Position numbers and translations under genes: made by a program. The notes under the pieces are model-generated. The model worked only from the letters and a program-made list of their open reading frames with translations, was not told the DNA's origin and searched no databases. Below, piece by piece: positions 45,886-58,660 of a stretch of 64,000 nucleotides of DNA (positions within the stretch are counted from its first letter, which is position 1; each line of letters opens with the position of its first letter). Source of the stretch: Schmidtea nova (taxonomy: Eukaryota). Where the stretch lies: assembly GCA_044892505.1 (NCBI GenBank), contig CM097882.1, forward strand, positions 309,132,001 through 309,196,000. Direction: 5' to 3'.

Positions 45886-46782
45886 CTAATCTTCTATGGG
45901 TGGTTCTTTGAAATGTTCACCTTTATAAGGACTATGAATTATTCCCATTGTGAAAGCGGGACTGCTTGGTAAATGAGAAGTTACCTAAATTGCAGTAAAA
46001 TTTTATTATTGAAAATAAAAAATAATTAACCATTTCATGCTTATAATGTGCTGGACTAGGTGTTAATAGTCTCGAATCTGGACATTGGGCTCCAGAACCC
46101 ATTGTGTATTTTGGAGAAGCAGTAAGATATAAATCTGGAGAACCGACTTTATAATCAGCTGGCCCAGGCCCCTTGAAGGATATCATTTAAAATTTATTAA
46201 TACTTAATACTTACTTCTCTAGATTTATCATAATGGAGATATTGTCCCACAGAATATTTAGGACCGCTGGGTTTGTCACTGGTAATGTCAGGTGGTGGTA
46301 GTTTGTACTCATTCGGAGCTATTTAAATTATATTTTAATACCATCAAAATTTTTTTATCACCTGGTGTCACATTTGAAGTAAGTTCTGTTAAGTATTTTC
46401 CCATAACATGTTCAGGAGCTTTCGGCCATACAACATTATTCGCTTTAGTTATGTCATAATCACTTGGACCTGGGGTTACATCTTTTGCATATGGATGTAA
46501 AAGCTGTCCAATTGAGTATTTTGGAATAGAATCATAGCCATGATGAGTCAGTTTTGTGTCTGGTCCATATGCTGCTGGCCCTGGGCTTTGGTCTTGGCTA
46601 TGTGGGAAAGTTTTCAATCCGAAAGAATAAGCTGGAGCCTTAACATGAACACTTCTTATATCATGACCTTTTTCGCCGACTAATGTTGGTGCACCATAAA
46701 TAGGACCTGGATTTGCAAACTGGGCAGCAATCGGCATTCTAGGTCTTGTGTAATTATAGCCCCTGACTTCATCTTTTGCCAT
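45886..46782 (-). CDS. ODF3: ODF3/SHIPPO1 (CIMAP1)-family PGP-repeat ciliary protein, 254 aa; exons 46362-46782, 46215-46318, 46031-46171, 45886-45984
   Basis: PRMPIAAQFANPGP..Y..P.LVG..GHD.RS...KAPAYSFG and repeated (S/T)PGP..Y motifs; three GT-AG introns (43, 43, 46 nt) keep the frame. Confidence 0.9.
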
Positions 46783-48060
46783 TGTTGTGAACGTATATTT
46801 TAATTATATTAATTCAATATTATTGATAGCCGTATGCCTGGTAATTAATTATAAAAAATTAAAATTTCTAGCTTATTTTAAATATAATGTATTAATTAGT
46901 CCTCGAAAAATAGACCATTTTTAATAAAATCAAGTTTTAATTTGATATTCAATATGATTTTATATAATAGCCGCGTGGCCCAATCGTTTGGCCGCTCCAC
47001 CTCCAAGCCACATTGAATATCAAAATTGTCCTACCCCTCTATTCAAATTTATATAAATACATTTGATATCTCACAAACTACGCCTATAAGACATGACCAT
47101 AATAAAATGCATTTTTCAATGATTTCAGTCAACTTTGCTCTATTTTTTAGTACAACAGCTTTTAAGTAGAATTTTGGTTTTGTACTATGCCTTCAATTGC
47201 ATTCAAGAAAATGTCCATGAATGGCTGAGAATGATTAATACTGTATATCTATTTTTGTTTTTAAGATTAGATTAGTGTAGCGTTTTGTCTAGTTTGTTAA
47301 TCACATTCAGTTTTTTCGTATAAATTAATTTATATATTCATACTTTCAATTTTACTTAATAAACAACCTTATTCTTCATTGTTTTGCTACTTATTCTTTT
47401 GTCTCAGTCATTTTCTATTATAATTCATTATAATTATAAGTAAATTATCACAATTAAATTAAAAACACTATTCAATGAAATATTAGCGCTATCTAATACA
47501 CGGTTGCCAGATTTTTACCATGAACAACCGGGACGTCTGGCAACTCTACTTATTTAAATAACGGAGAATTTAATTAATTTATGTATGTTATAATAAGCAC
47601 CAATTTTGAAATATTATTTATATTTTATAATCACAGTAATTGGAAATTTATTATTATTAAGCAGCACCGCAAGTATACTAAATTATGTCTAGTTGCATAT
47701 ATCTTTTATTTATAAAAAAATACATATTAATCTCAATCAACAAATTAATAATTTTAAAATACCACAACGTAAAATATTCCTAAAATACTTCATATTTACT
47801 ATTCTATCTCGATTTTGATTGGCTATAGATTAAGGTAAGTGTTTTCTTTATAAACATTTTCACTTTTACAAAAACATTTTAGACAAAATAAACTATAACA
47901 ATGGAGCTCTCTACAGAAAATGGTAAATTTTTAATAAATTTTTATTTTATTATTTTCAATGCGTTTTTATTTTACATAACGATTGTATTATTATTTTAAT
48001 CCCGAGGATTCGATTCAAATGAAATTTGGTTATTAAATGTTTTTTTTTTGTTATTTTTTG

Positions 48061-48640
48061 TGTTATTATAGTGTGCTGGTGTGGAGGATTGAAGAGCCCA
48101 ACAGAGTCTCCCGTAATATTTTGTCGCGACATTTAGAGTGAGTGTTATGTACAGTTGTGTGAATGCGTGCCTGCGTATGTTTTTGTGTAATAACAACAAA
48201 TTTAACAAAACAGAAATTTATTTAACAACTTTTATTTAATAAAAGAGTGAGTCGATACTCACGTAATTCAATAAAGTTTTGAATTTCCAAAATTCTTAGA
48301 ATAATAAATTTGTTCTGAGTTGATCACTTGCTTTAAAGTTTCGGATATAATTGCTACACTTAAATTTTCTTACAAATTTCAAACTTTATTTTTAGTTTCC
48401 AAGTTCTATTTCTGTAGTTATTTTCAAACTGTTTTCTTTGTAATTGTTTCAATTTTTTTATATTAATTAATTTGTCATTATTTACTATTGATTTTTTGAA
48501 TTGCAATTATAATTAGCAATTTTTGTAAATAGATAAAAGATAAATAAAGGGGGGTCACCCTGTCTCCGACAGGACGCTCACAAAACCATATGAATCATAA
48601 CAATAAAAATAATAATAATAACAATAACAAGAATTTTGGT
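48061..48640. mobile_element. LTR-like fragment of the 5685/37848 family, ends undefined
   Basis: GATTGAAGAGCCCAACAGAGTCTCC and AAAGGGGGGTC motifs; no TSD found. Confidence 0.5.
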
Positions 48641-48907
48641 ACATTTCATAGTTATTATTATTAAAGATTTCCTGTTGATGTTACAATATGCCCGATTCTG
48701 CTCATACAGATGAAATATTTANNNNNNNNNNNNNNNNNNNNNNNNNNNNNNNNNNNNNNNNNNNNNNNNNNNNNNNNNNNNNNNNNNNNNNNNNNNNNNN
48801 NNNNNNNNNNNNNNNNNNNNNNNNNNNNNNNNNNNNNNNNNNNNNNNNNNNNNNNNNNNNNNNNNNNNNNNNNNNNNNNNNNNNNNNNNNNNNNNNNNNN
48901 NNNNNTG

Positions 48908-49002
48908 TGATTGTCTAGCTAACTGCTGATTGCCTAGCTAACTGATGATTGCCTAGCTAACTGATGATTGCCTAGCTAACTGATGATTGCCTAGCTAACT
49001 GA
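48908..49002. repeat. 19-bp minisatellite (TGATTGCCTAGCTAACTGA) x~5
   Basis: Direct inspection; adjacent to an N-run. Confidence 0.9.
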
Positions 49003-49171
49003 ATCTGATCGACAGAACATTGCCCAACAATCAATTCAAACAATCCAAACAGTGAGAACGCACCACCGGTCATCTTTAGGGCCACAAATATTGATTGTAT
49101 ATGACCAAAAATATAAAAAAGTTTTTTGTCAATTTATTAAATTTTGTTGTTTTTATTTGTTATTATTATTA

Positions 49172-49371
49172 CTAGGATTTATCCCGTGCTAGCACGGGTA
49201 AATAGTTTGAATACTTAAAGCCTTGTCACTGTATGTATGTGTCTGTAACGCTGATAATAAATCAACTTAATAAATTTATTTTAATAAATTTTAATAAATT
49301 TCAATTTTAATCTACTTACTATAGTAATTGGACTGTCTAATGTGGTCAGCGTTACAGACACATACAGTGAC
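49172..49371. mobile_element. Two opposed fragments of a non-autonomous Helitron-like element
   Basis: Minus-strand 3' end: hairpin CCCGTGC-TA-GCACGGG then CTAG|T (49172). Plus-strand 5' end: A|TCTACTTAC at 49311. Both share TCAGCGTTACAGACACATAC. Confidence 0.55.
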
Positions 49372-49876
49372 NNNNNNNNNNNNNNNNNNNNNNNNNNNNN
49401 NNNNNNNNNNNNNNNNNNNNNNNNNNNNNNNNNNNNNNNNNNNNNNNNNNNNNNNNNNNNNNNNNNNNNNNNNNNNNNNNNNNNNNNNNNNNNNNNNNNN
49501 NNNNNNNNNNNNNNNNNNNNNNNNNNNNNNNNNNNNNNNNNTTATCATATTTTAATTATTATATTTTAATCAATTATTATAATTATAAGTATTATAAGTA
49601 TCATAGTTATAATTATTAGTATTATTATTATTTAAATAAGTCACAAATTTAGTTCACATTTATTTAATAGTTAAAAAATCAACAACACATAATATCCAAA
49701 GTTTGTACGCACAATTGAAATGTTTGCCATAGAGACATGTTATATTCGTTGGAAAAATTGTTTTCTTGATTGAATATGTTATTAATCGAGGAGTTGGAAA
49801 ATATTTCTTCAATATTCTGATTTTCCATTCATTAGGCACATTAAATACTTGAGTAACATCAAGTAGTTTCAATATA

Positions 49877-51223
49877 CAGTCACCGCCAATAAATTAGCAT
49901 CACCTTCAATAAAACCACTATCTTGGGAAATCGAACAAGTAAGAAGAAAAATATGGGTTATTTTTAAATGCAATCCATATGTCTACAAAGATGAATAATG
50001 CAACAGAGGCTTACAGTCAATAGTCAATACTTTGATGGGAAACTGCGATTTTTCAGGATATCGGCGATTCTTCTTGGCACAGTACTGTGGTGTAATGTCT
50101 GTGCTCCAGACTTGTTTTATTCTCTCTTTCAATTCAGCGGCGCTCTTGGGACGATGAACAGCAACGTTTTTCTTAATGACATTCCAACAGTTCTTAATGA
50201 TGTTGAGATCTGGTGAATTGCCAGGCCATTTTTCAAGGAGGGGAATGTTGTTGTCACAAAGCCACTTTTTCACAGATTTCGCAGTGTAGCACGGAGCACC
50301 ATCATGCTGGAAAACTGTGCAACCCAGAGCCCGCATGTAGACAGGTAAATGTTCCTGGAGAACACTGAGGTAAACATGGCGGTTGATCATCGTATTCGGA
50401 GGCATTAACCACAGGGGACCGGTGCCTGCAGCAGATATGGCACCCCAGACTATTTTAGTGGGTGAGCGCTTGACGACTGGGATGGTAAACCGGCTGTTGT
50501 ACCGCTGATTGCGAGGACGTCGAACCATACGAGTGATGGCATGGAACTGACTGAAAGTGGACTCGTCAGAAAAGAGAACAGCATTCCATTGCTCTACTGT
50601 CCAATTCACATGCTGCTTACAGAACCAAATTCTGTCCAGCAGATTCTTTTTGGACAGCAAGGGCTTCTTGACTGCTTTATGACATGGCAGCCCATGATCG
50701 ACTTGGAGCCTCCGTTGAATAGTTCGAATTGACGGTACAACAGGTAGCTCGGCGACTTCTTGAATCTGGCTTGCCGAGGCAAATGGATGACGAACAGCCA
50801 CCCTCCTGATGACACTGTCAGTTATGGCTGTTGTGCATCGAGGACGGCCATTTCCCTCTCTCCCGTGGTGTGATCCTGTTTCAGATTTACACTTCAGTAC
50901 ACGGCTTATGCAGCTCTGCGAGAGATGCATTCTGGCAACAATCTGGCGTTGAGAGTAACCCTCCTAGACGAGAATCTCTACTTGGGCGGAGGTTTCTAAT
51001 GAGCAATCCTCTCTCTTTCCCATAATACTGTGACAGAAAAGAAACACGTGCTTCACCAGTGTGACAAAAAATAATGATAAGTCAATGCCCCAACACTGTC
51101 AAGAATGCTGCAACCAATTAAAACACTTTTCATTCATGTCTGGACTTCCCAAAGTCTATTTTTAGAACATAATTGCATCTATGCGAAATTAACAGAGTGA
51201 TGCTAATTTATTGGCGGCGATTG
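49877..51223 (-). mobile_element. Tc1-like DD34E transposon (1347 bp), inactivated
   Basis: 27-bp TIRs (25/27), TA TSD; FSDES, FQHDGAP, WPGNSPDLNIIKN (catalytic E to K); premature TAG near the N-terminus (ATG at 51023). Confidence 0.95.
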
Positions 51224-51349
51224 TATATGTTTACAAAAGTATCTTGTAAGTAATGGTTCCAAACTATTATTTGAATTTATTATACACAATTCTTTAATAA
51301 CGTCTTTATGACATAAAGTTTTTATAAAGTAACAACGCATTTTACAATA

Positions 51350-54300
51350 CATTTATTTATTTATGAAGTTTATACATTAGCCATGCAAGACAATGTTGAC
51401 CACAAGTAATAGTTAGTGTATATTGAAATTGAATTTTGTTATATTCAATAGGTGCACCAATTGATGATAGTTTTTTGACTAAAAGTGATAGATAATAGTA
51501 TCCCATGGGATCAAAAACATATCTTGTCTGGTTTTATATAGATTACAATTCAATGTTCCTAATCGAGAGGAGATGATTGTGTATCGACAACATTGGTTTG
51601 ATTGATATTCAAATTGGGAATTTTATCTAATGGGTACACTCCAACAAACTCATTTCCCAATATCTGAGCACTTATTTAATTTATCTGTACAGAACTAAAT
51701 CAATAAATCTTTGATAGAAATCAAATACTTACTCCATGATTATTTTTATATTTTTTTTTATTTATCTGTACAGAACTAAATCAATAAATCTTTGATAGAA
51801 ATCAAATACTTACTCCATGATTATTTTTAAACCTAATTAGCTGCATTTATACTAAGTTCAAATCAGTATTCTTTGAACAAAGTTCAAACAAGCACAGTTC
51901 GATTTGCAGTAATTTGTACTTCATTTTCAAATACTCCGTATATTATGACATGTAACGGTTCAGTAATAGCTTTAACAAACTTTATATCTAATCGCAAATT
52001 TCCATTTTGAGGTCATTGACTCTGATTCAAATCAAAGTCAGGGGCCAAAACAAATTTGAAGAACGGATATTTAGTTTTAAATTCATCAAGAGTTATACCG
52101 CAATTCATATTTTTATCCAAATATCCCATATTTCTCACAATTGATTGCATATATGTAGCACAACAATTATCATTATCGAAATCCTGAGTAAATAATTTTC
52201 TATTATTAGTATTTTTCGATAAAGTAAGATATGTAACTCTAAAATGTTTGAAAATTGAAATTGGAGCAGTATGTGATTCATTACATTGATTTTCACTTTG
52301 AAATGTGACGAGAATAAATTTAGGTATTCTTTTATCACCAAATATTTGTTCCTTAGAGAATGATGAGACACCTTTGGCAATTGCAATTTGTACGATATAA
52401 TATATTCATTAAAATCGAAAGATCAACTTGAACTCTTCTTACCAATAGTTTTGCATGAATTAATTGACATATTGGTGCTCCGGCAGTACAATTTAGCGAT
52501 AGAGCAGAATCCGATATTTCCAACCAAATGTGAACATTAACACCTGTAAATAAATATTTCGGCTGATCCATAAAGTCTAATTTTAATGATAAACACGTAG
52601 TAAATGTTTTTGAACATTTAATCCATTTTTTCTTATCTTCATCACTTCCATAACAACTATTACTCGGCAAAATTGTATTGAAATTTACTTTACTAAGTAT
52701 TTTGCTGATATTCATGTTGGAGTTGGATACTCATGCCACTTGACATAGTATTGTTTATCCTTACCTACTTTTTTGAATTTAAAACTTTTTGAATTCTGAA
52801 TACTTTAGGTGGAAGAATAACCTGTAATTCTAACTCGTAAAATTTACCTGCTACTTCATTATTTTTATAATCTTTAATCACATACATAATAGGATTCTTT
52901 TTTGTTTTAATGTTTGATATTTTAAATACTTCATCACTCCAATTTGCATTGAAATCTTTAATAAATAGTGATGCGCTAATTTTAGATATGCGCACATGAC
53001 CACCGAATTTATATTTAGGTTTCTTAACTTTTTCTTCTTTGCTCGATAGCCATAAATCAATTTCATTTTTAGATGAAATATCTACAGGTCTTAATCCATT
53101 TAAATTTCTATGTGATAAATGATTATAACTTTGTATAATTTTTGGCAAAACATTTATTCAAGTTTTATTACCTTGATGAACAAAATACTTTTTGAGTCTA
53201 TCCCAAAGTGTTCGATTAAATCTTTCTACATGAGCTTCCTTGTATTGTTGAATGTACAGAGTAATGATTTATTTTAATATAATCCGTTATTTTCTTTACT
53301 TTACTGTTGTAAAATTCTTTACCTAAACATTGTCAAATAAATATTAATTATTGATAATACCTAAATCAGTTTGTAAATTGTTTGGATGTCCAACCGCAAA
53401 AAACGTTTTTATAGCTTCAGCCATTTCATCAGCAGACTTTGTCTTGGTTGGAATAGCACATGAGTAACGACTGAAAACATCGATACTTGTTAAAATATAC
53501 TTGCATCCTTTGTTGATTTTTGAATATGGAATCATTTCCATTAAATTCATTTGCCATAAATCTTCAATTCCAAATGTTTTATATGCTCTTGTAGGAAACA
53601 ATGTCAACATTGGTTTGTTCAAACTGTATGCCAGTTGTCCTGATTACCAGTTTTGAATCTCCTGTTTTGATTTCAGAACTCTTTTCTTTAGCTTTTCGAC
53701 TCCGCCTAAACCGGCGGGGTCTTTTTGGGTTTGTCCAAATTTTCTCCATTACAGCAAGATGATTTAAAGTTTAAGTTAAGATTTGGCAATGATTGTCCCA
53801 TTGTTTATGACGGTTTTCCAAATAAACCAGCACCTTCCAATATGATAATGTAATAAAACCACCTTGTTGTTTATATATGAATTTATGCATTGATTTTCGA
53901 TTTTTGGAATTTACGAGTGATAACAATGGCTTTTTATGTTTTTTCAAAACTATATTTTTAGATTTACTAATCTTAATTTTGCCTTTGACAACTTTCAATA
54001 AAATGGCAACTAAATCATTAATGACGAAATTAGAAAAATATTGTAATATAGTCATTCTTTTCATGCTTGGAGCTATTATTAATGATGTGAAAATGCATGA
54101 CTTCGATGAATAGTTTTATTCTTAGATTTTCGATTTTGTTTCATGTTATGAGAAATTAAATTTTTGTTGGGAGTATTTGCTACAAGTTTTTTCAATGGTG
54201 TATAACTGGTTTTTTCTATCTGTCTTTCTATTTTCTTTTTGAGTATTTTTTCTAATTTATTTTAATTTTGATTGTTTAAAATTTTTAGAAATCTTTTTAT

Positions 54301-55030
54301 GTTTTACAATAGTCTTTAAATACATTTTTGATTTATTTTACTATCGACTTTGTTTATAAGTCATAGATTTTCGATTTTGTTTCATGTTATGAGAAATTAA
54401 ATTTTTGTTGGGAGTATTTGCTACAAGTTTTTTCAATGGTGTATAACTGGTTTTTTCTATCTGTCTTTCTATTTTCTTTTTGAGTATTTTTTCTAATTTA
54501 TTTTAATTTTGATTGTTTAAAATTTTTAGAAATCTTTTTATGTTTTACAATAGTCTTTAAATACATTTTTGATTTATTTTACTATCGACTTTGTTTATAA
54601 GTCATTGCCCCTTCCTTATTGAATGTACCAGTTCTAACTCGTAAATCATCGCTGCATTGTTGTGTGAAATCGAAAAAAACATATCCATGCGGGTCTTTGG
54701 TTGCATCCTGAAACGCAATTATGAGGAAATTGCGATTATTCGAATACGCCTGTCTTGCAAGAAAATCAATAACTGTTGCATCTCTAGAATTTTTGAAACA
54801 ACCAAATATGGTACATTCAAATTACATGTTCGATGTGCATCGCCTTGTTGAAACATCTAGGATGGATGTTATCATCTGTAAAAATGAGTTATCGATGGCT
54901 CACTTCTACCTACTCATAGCATCACTAATTTTACGGTTATACCCAGCCAAACGTTGATTCAAAATTTAATACTATTTATTTGTAAAATACCAGCAAAAAA
55001 AATATCCCTGCAAAATCATCGATGAAGACA
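51350..55030 (-). mobile_element. Decayed Maverick core (protease, MCP, integrase, QQGGF ORF, ATPase)
   Basis: TCGQHC and FDPMG (51380-51740); DFMDQPKYL (52353-52715); WQMNL, VERFNRTL and QTDLG (52740-53730); NVIEYH..FQK.RD-like and ATPase remnants (54600-55030). Same gene order as family A, but pentons are deleted. Confidence 0.88.
54123..54604. repeat. Tandem duplication, 2 x 241 bp, apparently identical
   Basis: Units 54123-54363 and 54364-54604. Confidence 0.9.
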
Positions 55031-55835
55031 TTAAAATTGTTAAAGAAAACCTCTTTCGGGACACCGGAACATTGACTTGAAAACCGGGACGTCTGGCAAC
55101 TTTATCTAATGCGAAGTAATTGATGAAAACCTCAAAAGGTTTAAACAGGAATTTCTATATTACATTTAAAAATCGAATAAAAACTTCATTTGAAGAAATA
55201 AAATTACTTAATTTATTTCAATAGTAATAAATAAATGTAATGTTAATTTGGTTAAAGAAATTTTAAATTATACATAAAAGATTTGAATTTTTTGCAAAAT
55301 TTTTCATCAAAATATTTTATCAATGGATTTCTCAACGGAGCTTCCCATTCTTTAGGAGAACATGGATTGAAGGAAACAGAAAACATTTTCACGCATTGAC
55401 AGGTGTGAAATATGTCTTGAAAGGAGAATAAGTTTACTAATCACTTTCTTTGGAAATTTATGTATGATAAGAAAAATTTTATTCATAATTATTAACTAAA
55501 AATATAAAAATATAAAAGTATTACATTTAAAACAAACAAAAAATCATAACATTATTTCATAAAAAATTGCAAAATAATTTAATAAAAAATAACGAAAGAA
55601 ATATTTTTAAATATCGACTTTACTTGATGTTGATCCATTTAATTGCCTGGTAGTGTTCTAGTGGGAGAGGGTTTTAAGGGGTGTGAATGGAGGTACCTAA
55701 ATAAATTATATTGAGAGCAGGGTTGAATCATCGCATAGACAAATACCCGGTAACATTGTCTATTTTAAAAAGATTTGTAAATAAGATAGTTAATTAATAG
55801 TTATTAATTTCTATCTGGGTAAACATTGTGAACAC

Positions 55836-56258
55836 CAGGTGTCTCAAACTCAAAGTCTAACTTGGGCCGTGTGTGACTAAAAGCATAACACCAGGTGCCG
55901 CACTACTTAAAATCTTTATACAATGATTAAAACACATAAATCTAGTTGTAAAGAAAGGAAAACTTAAAATTTTTTTAACACTATTCTTCTATGGGTTAAA
56001 AAATTTTTAAATATGCAAATTATTATTAATAAAACAAATGAAAAATTTTAAAGAATAAATAAACTGTTTTCAATAATATTATAAGAATTACATAATGAAA
56101 CTTTTATTGAGTTGTAAGCAGAAAAAATCGTTCAAATAAAAATAATTTAAAAGAAAGTTCTAAATTTTAAAGCTAATCATGATTTTAATTGTTATATAAG
56201 TTTGATTAAATTACAAAATCTATATGCTTCGTTTCGGGCCACGTGTTTGAGATACCTG
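55836..56258. mobile_element. hAT-derived MITE (423 bp)
   Basis: TIRs CAGGTGTCTCAAAC / CAGGTATCTCAAAC; 8-bp TSD GTGAACAC / GTGTACAC (7/8). Confidence 0.85.
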
Positions 56259-57258
56259 GTGTACACAAAAATTATTAACAAAATTTGAATGTATTGTACA
56301 TTTAAATTAAGAAAATAGTATTTAAATTTTAATTATATCGGGAAAAGTAAATAGTTCCTGACATAAAATAATTCTACAAATACAAAGAAAATCTTTTAAA
56401 TTTCTTCCGAGGCAATAGTAACCCAAAAAGGCTACTGTTCAGACATTTTGATGATTTTAGAATCTTAGATTCTCCTTTTTATGCTATGCAAGATTAATAA
56501 ATCACATTAACATTACAAACTATATTAGGAAATTGGAAAATTTTTGCAACCTTTCTTTAAATGTCAATGAAAAATATAAAATTATACTATATGAATTTAA
56601 TATATTTTATATATTGAAGTATTTTTTTATTTTCGTTGATGCATTTAAGCAAATTGTTCTAGAATGAATTTTCGATTCTTCCAAAATTCAGTTTAACAAT
56701 TTTAAGAAAAAATAGATTATTATTTTGTATAAAACTTTTATAAAACTTTAAATAATTTTATTTTAATATGAAAATTTATTTTTAATTAAAGTTTTTCACT
56801 ACTTTATTTAATTTATTAGGTTTTCATTTAGAATAACCATCTTGTTGCCCGTCACAATGTAACATTGGTAATGCAACAAATTGGTGGGTATTCGCAATCA
56901 GTGAGCGTCGTCAATAAGAAACTATGATTGACCGAATATCTCCTGGGTCCAAGGGCTACCGATAGAAGGTTTAATGCCCGTTTTGTCCCCTTCTATGCAC
57001 TATTTACTTTCAGATTCTGAAGTTTGTAAAAAAATCATAAGCTATATCGAGTTAAATTTACTAATGAACCTCAGTTAATTCTCTTCACAAAAATGAGTAT
57101 CGATTTTTATCAATTTATTCTCTTCACGCATTCAAACAAATAAATATTTCCAACACAAAAGAAAACCCTTTAATGTCATCAAAAAATAAACAACATAAAC
57201 TACAACCTAAGATATTAAATACAAAATTATCTACAAGATAAAATATTATTTGTTCAAT

Positions 57259-57788
57259 TCAAGAAATCACAATAGTGTTATGTCTATCACTTCTGATGAC
57301 TCTTTGCGTATTTGCTCCAGCAATCGCGCTTCTTGACGACGTCTTTGTCGATTTCATCGGAACAGGAAATGTCAGGAGTTCTTCCTCAACCCTCACTGGG
57401 AACAATTTTTGGGGTGGAAACGATGATTTCGGCAACATGGCAGAGATGATGCCACTATCCACCCTCAATTTTTCGATCAAGAGCTCCTGCTCTTGCATCG
57501 TAACCCGGCATGCGCGCAATCTCATCGCGTCTTCAGCCGCTTGTTGTAGAAGCATCTGGTTCTGCTTCTTTATTTTGTCGACGGTCTCCTTGTCGGACCA
57601 GGTCGACTCCATTTCTCTACAACGAGCTCGGAATTTCTCCATCCGAGAGGTCATGATTTGTAGGGCGTCGGAATTTGATACTTTCGTCTTCTCCAGCTCG
57701 GCGAAGCTCTGATCGACCCGGCGATTATGCCTGGCATTTTCCAGAGTTAGCCAGTGAATCTCTTCCAATTTTTGTTCAAGGTTCATTC
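57259..57788 (-). CDS. Orphan coiled-coil ORF or exon, GC-rich
   Basis: 179-codon open frame in otherwise AT-rich DNA; TTTCAG acceptor at 57789-57790; no family recognised. Confidence 0.4.
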
Positions 57789-58660
57789 CTGAAATCAAAT
57801 ATCACACATTCAAAACACATTTAAGTCATCATTTAGCATCACAATTTAATTACAGATATTCATTTTAAATTAGTAAGAGGAAATAATTTTATCGATAAAA
57901 ATTTATTGATTTTTCACAACCAACTATTATACACAGTATTGTCTCAAAACACAGGAGTTTTCGCGCATTCATTTTTATTTGTAAGCTTATACTCAAGTAT
58001 ACCGTCGCCAACTCAATTCGGGGATCAATTCTTCCTATGAAAATGTATATATAAAATGGGATTCAATAGCCGATGATTTTATTTAAGTGACTACTATTTT
58101 TGGAGTTTTTCCAATTTATCATGTTTTATAACATTTAAAACTGCCGGTAACTTTATGTATATCCTAATCCTATTGTCTATCTTGCTTTATAAGTTTAATT
58201 ATATTTTTATTAAAATTTGATAATTTTAACATTTGAATTCTCGCCGAGGCCTTTGTTAGTATCTTCTTTTCCCGAACTTCGGGTATTAATTGTGTCCATC
58301 ATTAAATAATTAATTAATTTCACAAAATTTCAAAAGTGTATTTTTTACAACAATTATTAAAACAACGCTAGGAGATTCCAATAAATATGTAATTTTTCTT
58401 GACAGAATTTTCATACAGAACATTCATACATACATTCAACATACGATTTTTAATTAATTTCAGCAATATTTTAATAAACCTATATATTTAATAAAAACTT
58501 TAATAAGACTTTTTTATAGTACATTTTAAATTTAATTTTAAACATTCTAATTATTAAAATCTTTAATGAATCATTTTTATTTTAAACGAGATGTTTTCTT
58601 TGCAAAATACTTTTTTATTAAAATAATTTTATAAAAATCTTTTGAGTATTTTTAAACATC

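Noticed and set aside
46968-47030. tRNA- or SINE-like GCCGCGTGGCCCAATCG
   Set aside because: Only an A-box-like 5' part is present; no B-box or cloverleaf.
47490-55110. Large hAT element bounded by GTTGCCAG/CTGGCAAC ends with an apparent TATCTAAT TSD
   Set aside because: The terminal bases are not complementary and 47499-47549 already has both ends; these are more likely independent MITE remnants.
55330-55700. Possible further exons of a minus-strand host gene
   Set aside because: The candidate exons examined contain stops in the tested frames and could not be linked to 57259-57788.
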